Assembly: GCF_964194155.1 (NCBI RefSeq)
Contig: NC_135905.1
Location: 26,350,001 to 26,414,000, forward strand
Direction of reading: 5' to 3'
DNA: 64,000 nucleotides
Source: Cetorhinus maximus
Lineage: Eukaryota
The translations under genes were made by a program, and so were the position numbers. Below, one piece after another: positions 35,981 to 47,284 of this stretch. The first letter of the stretch is position 1; each line of letters opens with the position of its first letter. Below the pieces are notes generated by a model, which saw nothing but the letters and a program-made list of their open reading frames with translations, had not been told where the DNA came from and made no database searches.

Positions 35981-37677
35981 GGGTCAATCCACAAAGAGCA
36001 ATTCATGAGGTTCGAAGTAAAGGGGGGAGAAGCAGAATCCAAACAGAGTGCGCTGTGCATGTTGTGTGCTGTGTGAAGTGGAATTCTTTTTATTTGCGAA
36101 ATATAAAACCCACATAACTTTGAACATTTTAATTGTATTGTGCGGGTACTTCCTGTACGTTTGAAAGAGTTAGCGAAATTAAAGTGTCACAATCACAACA
36201 TCTGTTCAACAAAAGCCCTAATGAAAGTCTTTAAGTTGTTAGCAGTACTATAAATGAAATTATGTGCACTGAGATTAGAGGGTATTTTCAAGACAGAAAT
36301 TGTGACTGGCCCACAATTAAATTGCCGCAACTTTCCCATAAAAACGCACAGGACAATTTTAACTGCTCTGAGCTTATAAACTGGGGGTTGCAGTTTCATT
36401 TCTTCCCCCAAAAATATACTTTGTTCGTAGCAGTTATAAAAGTAAATTACATAGCAGTTCAAAGTTCCCATTATATATAGTGCAAGACAGCTCACTTTCT
36501 TCCAATACAGTATGTGACACTCTGGGGTGCCTCGCTATATTCCAATTACAGATTATATTTACAACATCTATCCCATGTCAAACATACAGCCTGGTTCAGT
36601 TTAATACAAAAATAAACATCTGTTCAGCCTCTACTGCGGCTGACAGTGTGCAAGGCATGAATGGCTGTTCTCAGGTATAAGTAAGAGGGTGCGCTGCAGA
36701 TGGAAATAAAATAATGAAACTGCTGCTGCTGAGGCTCCTCGTTTGGAGGGCATCTGATTTTCTCCCTTTGGAGTTGTCTGCAATCCCAAACGTGGCTCTC
36801 TCGTCTCAGAACGAGGCCTGCCCTGAACCGCAAAATCGTTTGGAATGGAATGGAACACGATCGATGAAGGGCCAGTGAGGGCGATCGCCCTTCTCTGAGA
36901 CATTGAAGCCCTTTTCCTTCATCCCTCATTCAATTCTGACAAGGAAGGGAACTGCCCAAAAAGACACCAAAATAATGAACTGTCAGAACACAGCTTGAGG
37001 GCACAAAATAACTCCCTGCATGGAATCCAAGCTAGACATTAGCTGATGTTTTCTGGAACGCAAAAGATGCTTCAACCTATCGGGAGAAGAAAAGTTTCCA
37101 TGACTACCCAAGCAGATCGAAATCCTGTTAGCCCTTTCAGCTGCCAGTGTACTTTGGTGCCATCTTTACGACAGGGAGAGGCTACTAATGGGATTCCCAC
37201 TAATTAGAACAGATTGACTTCTCATCTGATCGGCCATTGGGGAAATTCTGTGCGTGCCACCCTCTCATTAAAGGCTTGTCACTTTGTGTAAACACACTCT
37301 CTATCGCCACTCTTAGCCTAAGATATTTGGAGATTGAGTGATCAGCTCTGTAAGGATATATATATATGTGTATATACATGCATGTCAGTGCTCACAAAGG
37401 AAGCACAGTGATTAAAGACTACAACAACAACTTGCATTTATATTATGCCTTAAGTGTAGTAAAGCATCCCAAGGTGGTTAACAGGAAGGCTATCAAACCT
37501 GTGAGACAAACTTGCCAGTGCGACAAGAAAGGGAATCAAAGGATACAGGATAGATTGGATACAGGGGCGGGGGCCGGGTTGGGGTGGTATGTGGGTGGTA
37601 GTGGCTGGGGTCTGGTTCAGATAACAGGCCAGCCAGGCTCTTATTGAATGGCGGAGGAGGCTTGAGAGGCCACGTGG

Positions 37678-37792
37678 CCTACTCCTAATCCTACTCCTAA
37701 TCCTACTCCTACTCCTACTCCTAATCCTACTCCTACTCCTACTCCTACTCCTACTCCTACTCCTACTCCTACTCCTACTCCTACTCCTACTC
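37678..37792. repeat. (CCTACT)n hexanucleotide microsatellite, ~19 units, inside a CR1 3' tail
   Basis: Direct repeat preceded by ttattgaatggcggaggaggcttgagaggccacgtgg and followed by ttatgttctta. Confidence 0.95.
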
Positions 37793-37814
37793 TTATGTTC
37801 TTAAGAAACATAAG

Positions 37815-38197
37815 CAGATGGTGGCGTGGTGGTAACGTCACTGGACTAGGAATCCTGAGGTCCAGGCTTATGCTCTGGGGACATGGGTTCAAATCTCACC
37901 ATGACAACTGATGGAGTTTAAATTTGATTGATAAATCTGGAATTTAAAGCTAGTCTCAGCAATAGTGACCATGACAACTATCATCACTTGTTGTAAAAAC
38001 TCACCTGGTTCACTAATGCCCTTTTAGGGAAGGAAATCTGCCATCCTTACCCAGTCTGGCCTGCATGTGACTCCAGACCCATCCAATGTAGTTGAGTCTT
38101 AACTGCCCAGCAAGCTACTCAGTTCAAGGGCAACTAGGGATGGGCAACAAATGCTGGCTTTACCAGTGATGCCCACATCCCATAAAAGAATAAAAAA
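37815..38197 (+). mobile_element. HE1-type tRNA-derived SINE, near full length
   Basis: gtggcgtggtgg (A box), gggttcaaatctcacc (B box), gaaggaaatctgccatccttacc, tail gggcaactagggatgggcaacaaatgctggc...gaataaaaaa. Confidence 0.85.
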
Positions 38198-38484
38198 TCA
38201 ACATCGAGGCATGAGCGTTTCGATCCAAACAGCTCCACTGGGTCCGGAATAGCAGGCGATAGAGCGGCTCCCAGGTCACAGAAACCAGGACCCTGTGCTA
38301 GGGTTGCCTAATTATTAATCTTATTGATGACAAATTAACTTTTTGTGTGTATTGGACTGGATCTGTGTATGAGTTAATGCTGTTACTAAGCATTATCTAG
38401 TACTAACTTGTACATAGTATTACATAGGAATTGCAACACATTCATTTGGCCTTTCTGGCCTGTGTTGGAGTTGATCAAACAAGC

Positions 38485-38775
38485 CCATCAGGTAGACCCT
38501 AAAATATCCCACAGCACGATTGAAAGAAGAGCAGTGGCATTCTCCCAGTATCCTGGCCAATTTATAACCCTCATCTACCATCGTTAAAAATGATCCTGAT
38601 TATCTGGTCATTCATTACTGTTTGTGGGACCTTGCTGTGTGAAAATTGGCTGCTGTGTTTCCCTACACTCTAACAGTGACTGTGCTTCAAAAAAGTACTT
38701 GATTAGCCGTGAAGCACCTTGGGTTATTGTGAGGTAGTGAAAGGCGATTTAGAAATGTAATTCTTCCATTTCTTT
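38485..38775 (+). mobile_element. Deu-domain SINE 3' half
   Basis: gaagagcag...tcctggccaatttataaccctca...gattatctggtcatt...tgtttgtgggaccttgctgtg...gtgaaaggcgat. Confidence 0.7.
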
Positions 38776-39049
38776 CTCCCTTTCTTCTCCAGATATGCAA
38801 TATTCACAATCCCCTGTGCTTAGCTTGTCCCTATCTCTCTCTTTCCCATTTCCCTTCAATCAATAACCCCTTCTTAAATGTTGATGTGGTTTTTGCTTCA
38901 GTCATTAACTCTGCACACAGGTAAGGCAGGGCTAAATTTTATCCCCTGCAGCTAGTTAAGCTTTGGGACCATTGAAACCATTCAGCTGGTAGGCCATTCA
39001 GCCCTTTCAGTTTATTCCACCTTTCTAGGGCCATGGAAGCAAACACTGG

Positions 39050-39430
39050 GGCTCTAGGAGATCAAACACTTGGTCAAAGGGGTACGTTTTAAGAGCACCT
39101 TCACAAAGGACAGAGAGATGGGGTGAAGGAAATGGGGCAACGCAAGAGGCTGGAAATCGGAGGAGCAAAGATATCCCAAATGATTCTAATTCTGGAGGAA
39201 GTTACAGAGATAAGGAGGGGTTAGGCCATGAGGGATTTGAACACAGGGATGAGAATTTTAAATTTGAGTCATTGCCGGACTGGGAGTCAACGTAAATCAT
39301 TGAGCATGGGGACGATGGGTGAGTGGGATTTGGTGACGGTTTGGTTAAGGGCAGCGGAGTTTTTTGATGAGCCCATGTTTATGGACCGTGGAAGTTCGGA
39401 GGGCAATGGAACAGTCAAGCCTGGAACTAA
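39050..39430 (-). mobile_element. L2-like LINE fragment
   Basis: ttggtcaaaggggtacgttttaag...ctggaggaagttacagaga...ggatgagaattttaaattt, the reverse complement of the L2 3' region seen elsewhere. Confidence 0.65.
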
Positions 39431-39447
39431 CAATGGTTAAACAAGTA

Positions 39448-39695
39448 AAAGCAAAATACTGCTGATGCTGGAAATCTAGAACAAAAACAAAAATACCTGG
39501 AAAAACTCAGCAGGTCTGACAGCATCTGCGGAGAGGGATACAGTTGACGTTTCGAGTCCGTATGACTCTTCATCAGAACTAAGACATATAGAAATGAGAT
39601 GAAATATAAGCTGGTAGTGGGGGGTGGGACAGGAAGAGCTGGATAGGGGGCCAGTGTTAGGTGGAGGCCAAGAAGAGAAGAGAACAAGTTAAAAG
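39448..39695 (-). mobile_element. Penelope-like 3' fragment with 14-bp TSD
   Basis: Homologous to 30679-30900; direct repeat tggttaaacaagta at 39434-39447 and 39696-39709. Confidence 0.85.
39542..39580 (-). ncRNA. Minimal type I hammerhead ribozyme with canonical core
   Basis: AGUU-CUGAUGA-A-GAGUC-AUACG-GACUC-GAAAC-GUC^AACU: stem I AGUU/AACU, 5-bp stem II, loopless palindromic stem III ACGU, GUC cleavage triplet. Confidence 0.8.
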
Positions 39696-40718
39696 TGGTT
39701 AAACAAGTACTAGTTTAGCCACTCTCTAAGTGATTGATGCTGACTTTTGTTGCGTTAGGATTGAATTTGAAGGTCTGTTTGTGTCTCGATAATTCTCCCA
39801 TACCAGCAAGTTTATTGGCACGGGCAACACCCAAAAATACCCTGGCGTTTAAGACGTAAGTTCTGACATCTCCCAATGGCCTCGTATCCATGTTTTCTTC
39901 ACCAACGCTTGGCTTAGGGCTCTATATCGGTTTTTAAAATAGCTGGGTGATAGTAACAGCAGCAGCTGCAAAATCTCATGTGTTCAAGGTTTTTTTGTGT
40001 GTGAGGATTGCTCATGAATATTAATGTCCATTAGTTGTGGAGACATTGGGCAGAGGGTTTAAGTACAGGTTGGTAATTAGAGATTGCAATGCATTAGGCT
40101 GAGTGAGTGTGCCAAAACTATTTTATCCCACTGAGCTTACTAATCGTGGCACTGTCGACCTCCGCGTCCTCCAATTTACGTTTACTGCCTCTCCAGTCAA
40201 TCAATTAATTAAATATTTAAGTCTTTCAAGATTGATTTCAATCAATTTCCTCACAAAATGCAGGCGTACAGATTATAATGATTCCTCACTTGCTGTCAGG
40301 ACCTTTTGCAATTGCACACTGCTGCGCTGTCAGGGAATCAGGAGCAATTCGAACCTCCGTTTACGGCATCCGAGTGTCATGGACATATCCGAAAGGCACT
40401 TCACATGGACGATTGTCAAACAAAATTTGACACCAAGCCGCATTAGGACATTAGGGCAAGTGATCAAAAGCTTGATCAAAGAGGTAGGTTTTAAGGAGCG
40501 TCTTAATGGAGGAGAGAGGTGTAGGGAGGGAATTGTAAAGCTTAGGGGGGGCCCAGGCAGCTGAAGGCCTGGCCACCAATGGTGGAGCGATTAAGCTGAG
40601 GCCAAAATTGGGGGAGTGCACAGGTCTCCGAGGGTGTAGGGCTGGAGGAGGTCACAGAGGTGGGGAGGGATGAAGCCGTGGAGGGATTTAAAAATGAGGA
40701 TGAGAATTTAAACTTGAA

Positions 40719-41417
40719 GGGCAGGATTTTATGAGTTGGCGAGCGGGGGTGGGGCCTGCTCGCTGACGCGTAAAATGACGCGCGGTGACGTCGGGGGGAA
40801 CTCTCAACATCACTGCGCCCCATTTAAGTTTTCCGGTAGGCGAGGGCAGCGAAATCAGCTGCGCGCCCGCCGACCTCTCAATGGCCAATTGAGGCCATTG
40901 ACAGGGTCAGTTAAGTAATTAAAGGACCTGCCTGACTTTAAGGTTGGCGGGTCGGCCAGGAGCCCCGGTGGGAAGTAGAAAAAAGATGAAACCTCGTCCA
41001 CGGGCGGGATGAGGCTTCATGTAGGCTTAAAAAATTTTAATGAAGGTTTTGTAAAAATTATGGACATGTCCCAACTTATGTGAGTGTCACATGAGGGGAC
41101 ATGTAAGGGAAATTTTATTTTCCTATTTTTATCTTTTTTACATGTAGAGCCGATCTCCCTGAGGCTGCACTTAGCCTCAGGGGGATGTGTGTGCTCATTC
41201 CTGCGCATATGCGAAAGAGCACACTCTCGATTTTGGGAATCCCCCCCGCCCACACAGGGAGCGCACAGCGCTTGTGTGCGGACGTCACGCTGGGCGGGCC
41301 TTAATTGGCCTGCCCATGTTAAATAGCGCCGTGCCTCTGATCAGGGGCGCCGATCGGAAGCGCGCCCCTAGGCACCCGCCCATCAACTTCCCCCCCAACG
41401 GGGGAAAAATTCAGCCT
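40719..41417. mobile_element. ~700-bp Harbinger-type MITE inserted in an L2 fragment
   Basis: gggcaggatttt...aaaaattcagcct; TSD GAA; colinear with 46587-47284 and 58103-58786. Confidence 0.85.
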
Positions 41418-41539
41418 GAAGTGTTGCTTCAGTAATGCCGATTGCATCATGTGCCTGGTTGATATTGTGTCTGGGTGATTATTTGATGGGAAGAACAGAT
41501 TTATCCAAATGGTGAACAACCTCTCCACACTGTTACAAG

Positions 41540-42880
41540 GGTTGTCCTATAAGGAGAGGTTGACCAGGTTGGGCCTATACTTCCTGGAATGTAGAAGAAC
41601 GAGAGGTGGTCTAATTGAGACGTGTAAGATTCTGAGTGGGCTTTGATAGGTTTGATGCTGAGAGGTTATTTCCCCGGCTGGGAACTCTAGTACATGGGGG
41701 CACAGCCTCAGGACAATGGTCGATTATTTGGGGCTGAGACAAGCAGAATGGTCTTCACTCAAAAGCCGGAATATTGCGCTTGTCGGGCGGGCGGGCGGGC
41801 GCCTGACCCGAACAAGCGTAACACGACGCGCGATGACGTCGGGTGAGCGTCCCGACATCATTGTGCACTTACATGATGTTTCGGTGAGCAGGCGCGTGCG
41901 GGAGTTGGCAGTGCGCCCGCCGACAATTAACAGGCCTATTAAAATATACAAGATTATGTGGGGCATGGACAGGGTGGATAGGGAGCAGCTGTTCCCCTTA
42001 GTTGAAGGGTCAGTCACGAGGGGACACAAGTTCAAGGTTTGGGGCAGGAGGTTTAGGGAGGATGTGAGAAAAAACATTTTTACCCAGAGGGTGGTGACGG
42101 TCTGGAATGCACTGCCTGGGAGGGTGGTGGAGGCGGGTTGCCTCACACCCTTTAAAAAGTACCTGGATGAGCACTTGGCACATCATAACATTCAAGGCTA
42201 TGGGCCAAGTGCTGGTAAATGGGATTAGGTAGGTAGGTCAGGTGTTTCTCACATGTCGGAGCAGACTCGATGGGCTGAAGGGCCTCTTCAGCACTGTGTG
42301 ATTCTGTGAGGCCGTTAAAGTTCTAATTGAACGAAAATTTTCCCTGCCCATCCAACCTTACAGACTCACATGAGGGGACATGTTATTAACATTTTTAAAT
42401 TCTTTATTTTTTATTTTCAAAGTTCTTCAGCTCCCTGGGGTAGCTCTGTGCTGCACGTCTCCCCCCCGCGCATGCTCGAACTTCCGCGCTTGCGCTCCTC
42501 CCGCCTCCCCCCTCCCACCCCGGCAGCGCTGAGCGCTGCGCCGCGCAATTAACGGCCAGCGTGAAATCCATGTTGGGCCCTGGTCGCGGGCGCTTGGCTC
42601 TGTGACACTCCCAGGCCGTGCCCGCCCAACGAGGGTGAAATTCCACCCAGGGTGTGCGAATCTTCAAAATCCCCCAACTCCAGAGCGCGGGGGCTGCTCA
42701 GTCATTAAAGTGTATTCAAAACTGGGAGAGGCAGAGTTTGGACTTTTCAGGAATCAAGGGATATGGGGATCAGGCGGGAAAGTGGAGTTGAGATGAAAGA
42801 TCAGCCAAGATCTAATTAACTGGTTGAGCAAGCTGAGGAACAGTATTAACCAACTCCTGCCCCCTTCTCTTATCTAATGT
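41540..42880 (+). mobile_element. Nested cluster: CR1 3' end split by a MITE (~41765-42651), which is itself split by a younger CR1 3' end (~41943-42308)
   Basis: Inner CR1 IYKIMWGMDRVDREQLFPLV...FTQRVVTVWNALP; outer CR1 resumes at about 42660 and ends aactcctgccccttctcttat; MITE ends gtgaaattccaccc. Confidence 0.75.
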
Positions 42881-43586
42881 AAAGCCACAGTAATATTTTA
42901 TAAGAATAAGTTAAACTTGCTGTTCAAAAGTTGGGCAGAGCACCTTTCAACTCTACCCTCTAAAAGAAAGACTTGCATTTATATATTGTGCCTTTCATGA
43001 CCTCAGGCCACCCTTGAAACACTTCACCACGGACAAAGTACATTTAAGGTGTATTCGCTGTCGTAATGTTGGACACCGAAGGTACATGGGAAACAGCAGA
43101 TTATGTTTTTGGGAGATGTGTGTATTTCTTGCCCTGCCAGTTAGCAAACTGAGAATTGGAGAAGAAGGTTTCTCCATTAATCCATGAGACTCTGCGCCAC
43201 TCACCTCATTAGCTATGCACGTAATATTAGATAAATAACTTGGTGGCCTTAATTGACCTTTACAAACCCATCAGTAACTTGACACTGCCTTGACATGCAT
43301 GTCATTTATAATATAAGTCCTGCTACTCATTCAGGAGTTATTTACACAAATGAATAAGCCTCCGAGAAATGTGGCGGTGTCAGTTGAGCCTGCACTGTTC
43401 TGACATGTTACAATCACATGGCAAATAACTGCAGCCGGATAATTGCATTAACTTTGTTTGAAATAAGCTGCTGTCATGTGCAAGGGCACAGAATGGGAAC
43501 TCACCTTATTTTCAGCAGGGACTTCCTATCCCGTTACTTTGACTGGACTGTGCCTAACACAAACCCTAGTAATTCTCCAAACCAGG

Positions 43587-43612
43587 TGAGAGAGAGAGAG
43601 AGAGAGAGAGAG
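43587..43612. repeat. (GA)n microsatellite
   Basis: Directly visible. Confidence 0.9.
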
Positions 43613-44587
43613 TTAAGGACACTTAATGTGAGACCATGAGCTGGACTTTGTGTGTGAGGAGAGGACCATTTCTCTGATGCACAACATTGACGTAACATGA
43701 ATGCTGCAACTTTGGAAGGAATGGCCAATTATTGGCCAGAGGGTGCTCTCACTGTCCAATCAAGAACGGCAGGTGGGCTCCTAATACTGGAAGGCCAACA
43801 GGAGGCCCTCCAGCACTGAGGGAACACCAGACCGCTGACATAGGCAAGAAAGAGTGAAGGTGCCACAAGATGGAGGTGCCCCTCAGCACTTTGAAAACAC
43901 ACACTGCCAAAGCTACCGGATCGCCATTGTGAAAGGAAACCCATCCAAGCGAGAGTCGGCAACTGCAGCGGCGGCCATGTTTCTGCATCCGCGGGCTGTG
44001 CGGGTTGGGGTGGGGGGGTTGCTTAACGTGCATCTGCAGTGCTGAAACCCCTCACTCTGCCGCTAGGAGGCTGCCTCCTTTCACTGGTGGAGTTCTGGCC
44101 AGCACACTGGGCCTGCCTACTGACCGGAATTTCGCCTTTGTCATCATTCCCATTGACTAACCTGCTGCTTTCAGACAGACAGCGCTTGGGCCCCTGAGCA
44201 GGCCTCCTTACTAACAGCCCAGGGGTGGGAATATTTCAGCAACCTGTCAGAATGCTCTGCCACAGTGATTTTTCAGCCAGGGCTCATTCAGTCTCACCTC
44301 CAAGGCCATTGGGAAATCTGGTCCCACATTCCCAGAGGCTATTTATTTTTATTCTGCATGTAAGTTAAGGATTTTCTCATTATTAGCACACTGAAATGTT
44401 CATAATTATGAACTTTTATTATTTTATACTTTATCTTTTTCGAATCGTTGTCTATAACCCATGTTATGAATTAAGATTGCTTGTTTCATTTGTATCTTCG
44501 TCACAATTCGGCACCTGGGGTCACTATGAAGATTTTTTTCATTGTCCGTCTGTCACTGGGGTCAATCCACCTCCAAGAAATGAACTA

Positions 44588-44825
44588 GAAACAGGAAATG
44601 CTGGGAAAACTCAGCCGGCCTGGCAAAGTCTGCGGAGAGAGAAACCCCAGTTAACGTTTCGAGTCGATGACCCTTCATCAGAAATTCTGATGGGGGTTCT
44701 GATGAAAGAACTGGAACATTAACTCATGTTTTTCTCTCTCCACAGACGCCCCCAGGCCTGCTGAGTTTTTCTAGCATTTTCCGTTTATATTTCAGATATC
44801 CAGCACCCACCCTATTTTGCTTCTG
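44588..44825. mobile_element. Palindromic mini-element: two inverted Penelope 3' ends
   Basis: gaaatgctgggaaaactcagccggcctggc...cagttaacgtttcgagtcgatgacccttcatcagaa mirrored by ttctgatgaa...acattaactc...cctgctgagtttttctagcattttc. Confidence 0.8.
44649..44684 (-). ncRNA. Minimal hammerhead motif with canonical core
   Basis: Reverse strand UU-CUGAUGA-A-GGGUC-AUC-GACUC-GAAAC-GUU^AACU; stem I 5' arm shortened by the inversion junction. Confidence 0.6.
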
Positions 44826-45644
44826 TGTTGACTGTGAAATGGACTCCCGCTCAAAACTGCTTTTTTTTTTCCCCTATGAACATCGGAAAGGATTGACTTT
44901 TTGAAAAAAAAAATCTCCTTTCCTGATGTTATTTTTGGAGTGGGATGCTGTGGTAAGGGGGTCATCGTTTTTCATCATTCGAGTAATAGGTGTGACACAC
45001 CAATGGCTGCCTTGATATCTAAGATGTTAATAATGATGGTATCTCTGTGAAAGAAATGGGATTGAATTCTGAAGCTCAGACCTGAGAGTTCCCAACTCTA
45101 CAATTAGCTACAATGCAACAAACACATTAAACTGTAAACTACCGGTTAGCAGCGTGGTATCTGACAATTTGTTGGGATGTGGTATGGGTTGGAGTTAAAA
45201 TGTCAAGAGAACAGATTAATTATTTTATACCATTGTTAACGTCAAACAGCTATATTTAAACCAAATTCTTGCGATTGGGAATGATCCACAGATTTGTGAT
45301 GCCGGGTTTACACCCATCAATTGTGGGAATTGGTTCTGTTCTCACCTGTAAGGGGCCTTCTGATCACAGTTATTTTGTTAATGATGAAACACGACCAATA
45401 TATAGACACAGACTTCCTACAGTTTTAGAAAGGAGTGTGGTGACACCCAGGAAGATGGATTGACTGCACAGGGTGGTCCCTTTGAAGACTTGCTGAGGAA
45501 CGGCCTTTGGGAAAGACGTGTAGTCAGTTGGGCGCATAAGAATCGAGGCCCTGAATTTTTGTGGACCTTCTGCTGCTGAGCTGTATCAGTTGTGTAATGG
45601 ATGCCTCATCGATCTACATAAACAGTGCCTCTACTGCACTGAGA

Positions 45645-46545
45645 TAGAGCTCAACAACACTCAAAAAGCTCAACACCATCCAGCACAAAGCAAGCCGCTT
45701 GACAGGCACCCCATCCACCACCTTAAACATTCAATCCCTTCACCACTGACACACAGTAGCAGCAGTGTGTACCATCTACAAGATGCACTGCAGCAACTCA
45801 CCAAGGCTCCTTTGACAACACTTTCCAAACCTGTGACCTCTACCACCTAGAAGGACAAGGGCAGAAGATAAATGGGAACACCACCACTTGGACGTTCTCC
45901 TCCAAGCCACTCACCATCCTGACTTGGAAATATATCGCCATTCTTTCACTGTCACTGGATCAAAATCCTGGAACTCCCTCCCTAACAGCACTGTGGATGT
46001 ACCTACACCACATGGACTGCAGCGGTTCAAGAAGGTAGCTCACCATCACCTTCTCAAGGGCAATTAGGGATGGGCAATAAATGCTGGCCCAGCCAGCAAT
46101 GCCCACATCCCATGAAAGAATAAAAATAGTGTGTTTCCGCAGCAGAGAGTCTGAGCAATTCAAGACTTTGCTTTCAACACCAATAGAAGTGAAGGTCACT
46201 TCAAGTGAGCTGGTACAATTGGACCTGTTTGCTTTATTGTGTAAAATTACTTCCCTTTCCTCTGTTAAAAGGAGCTACTGGAAGGACAAGGGCACCAGAT
46301 GCATGGGAACACCACCTCCTGCAAGGTCACCTCACACACCATCCTAATTTGGAACTATATCGCCGCTCCTTCAGTGTCGCTGGGTCAAAATCCTGGAAGC
46401 CCCTCATAACAGCACTGTGGGTGTACCTACACCACAGGGACTGCAGCGCTTCAAGATGGTGGCTCACTGCCACCTTCTCAAGGGCAGTTAAGGATTGAGA
46501 ATCAATATCGGCCTTGCCAGTGATGCTCACAATCCTGAATGTAAA
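45645..46545 (+). mobile_element. Two HER1-type (CR1 group) LINE 3' ends
   Basis: caaaatcctggaactccctccctaacagcactgtgg (SKSWNSLPNSTV)...ccttctcaagggcaattagggatgggcaataaatgctggcc at about 45645-46125; second copy at about 46280-46545. Confidence 0.8.
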
Positions 46546-46586
46546 CATTTCAAAACGTGTCTCTTGGGAGGAAAATAGAACTCTTA

Positions 46587-47284
46587 GGGCAGAACTTTGC
46601 CGTTGGCGAGCAGGGGGCGGGGCCCGTTTGCCAATGGGTAAAGTGACGTGGGATAACGTTGGGCAGAACCCCCGATGTCATCCCGCCCAATTTAAACTTT
46701 CAGGAAGGCGGGGGCGCAGCAAAATCAGCTGTGCGCCCACCAACCTGTCAATGGCCAATTGAGGCCATAGACAGGATAATTAAAACAATTAAAGGACCTG
46801 CCCATCCAACCTCAAGGTTGCCGGGCAGGCCAGGAGCCCCGGCGGGGAATAGAAAAAACATGAAACCTCATCCAGCGGCGGGATGAGGTTTCATGCAGGG
46901 TTTTAAAAAGTTTAATAAAGTTATTCTGTAAATTATGAACAGGTCCCATCTCATGTGACATTGTCACATGAGGGGGGCATGTTAGGGAATTATTTTTTTC
47001 TATTTTTAATCTTTTTCAAAGTGGAAGCGATCTCCCTGAGACTGCACTTAGCCTCAGGGAGATATGCGCTCTTTTGCGCGCATGTGTGAAAGAGCGCACT
47101 CTCGCTTTTGGGGAACCCCCCTCCCGCCCGCATAGCGCTTCCCAGCGGGCGTCACGCTGGGTGGGCCTTAATTGGCCCGCCCACGTAAAATGGCGGCAGG
47201 GCCCGCATCTCCGGCGGGGATCGGCTCCCCGCCCGCCAGAGATTGGGTCGGGCCCGCCCGCCCGACAGGCAGAAATTTCTGCCC
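46587..47284. mobile_element. 698-bp Harbinger-type MITE, CpG-rich
   Basis: TIR gggcagaactttgcc / ggcagaaatttctgccc; flanks tta/ttg; three internal perfect hairpins. Confidence 0.88.

Noticed and set aside
37678-37792. Interstitial telomeric repeat or a poly-GV ORF
   Set aside because: The unit is AGTAGG, not TTAGGG, and derives from a CR1 tail.
37815-37900. tRNA gene
   Set aside because: The A and B boxes belong to the HE1-type SINE head (same at 2330-2413); there is no cloverleaf and it continues into the SINE body.
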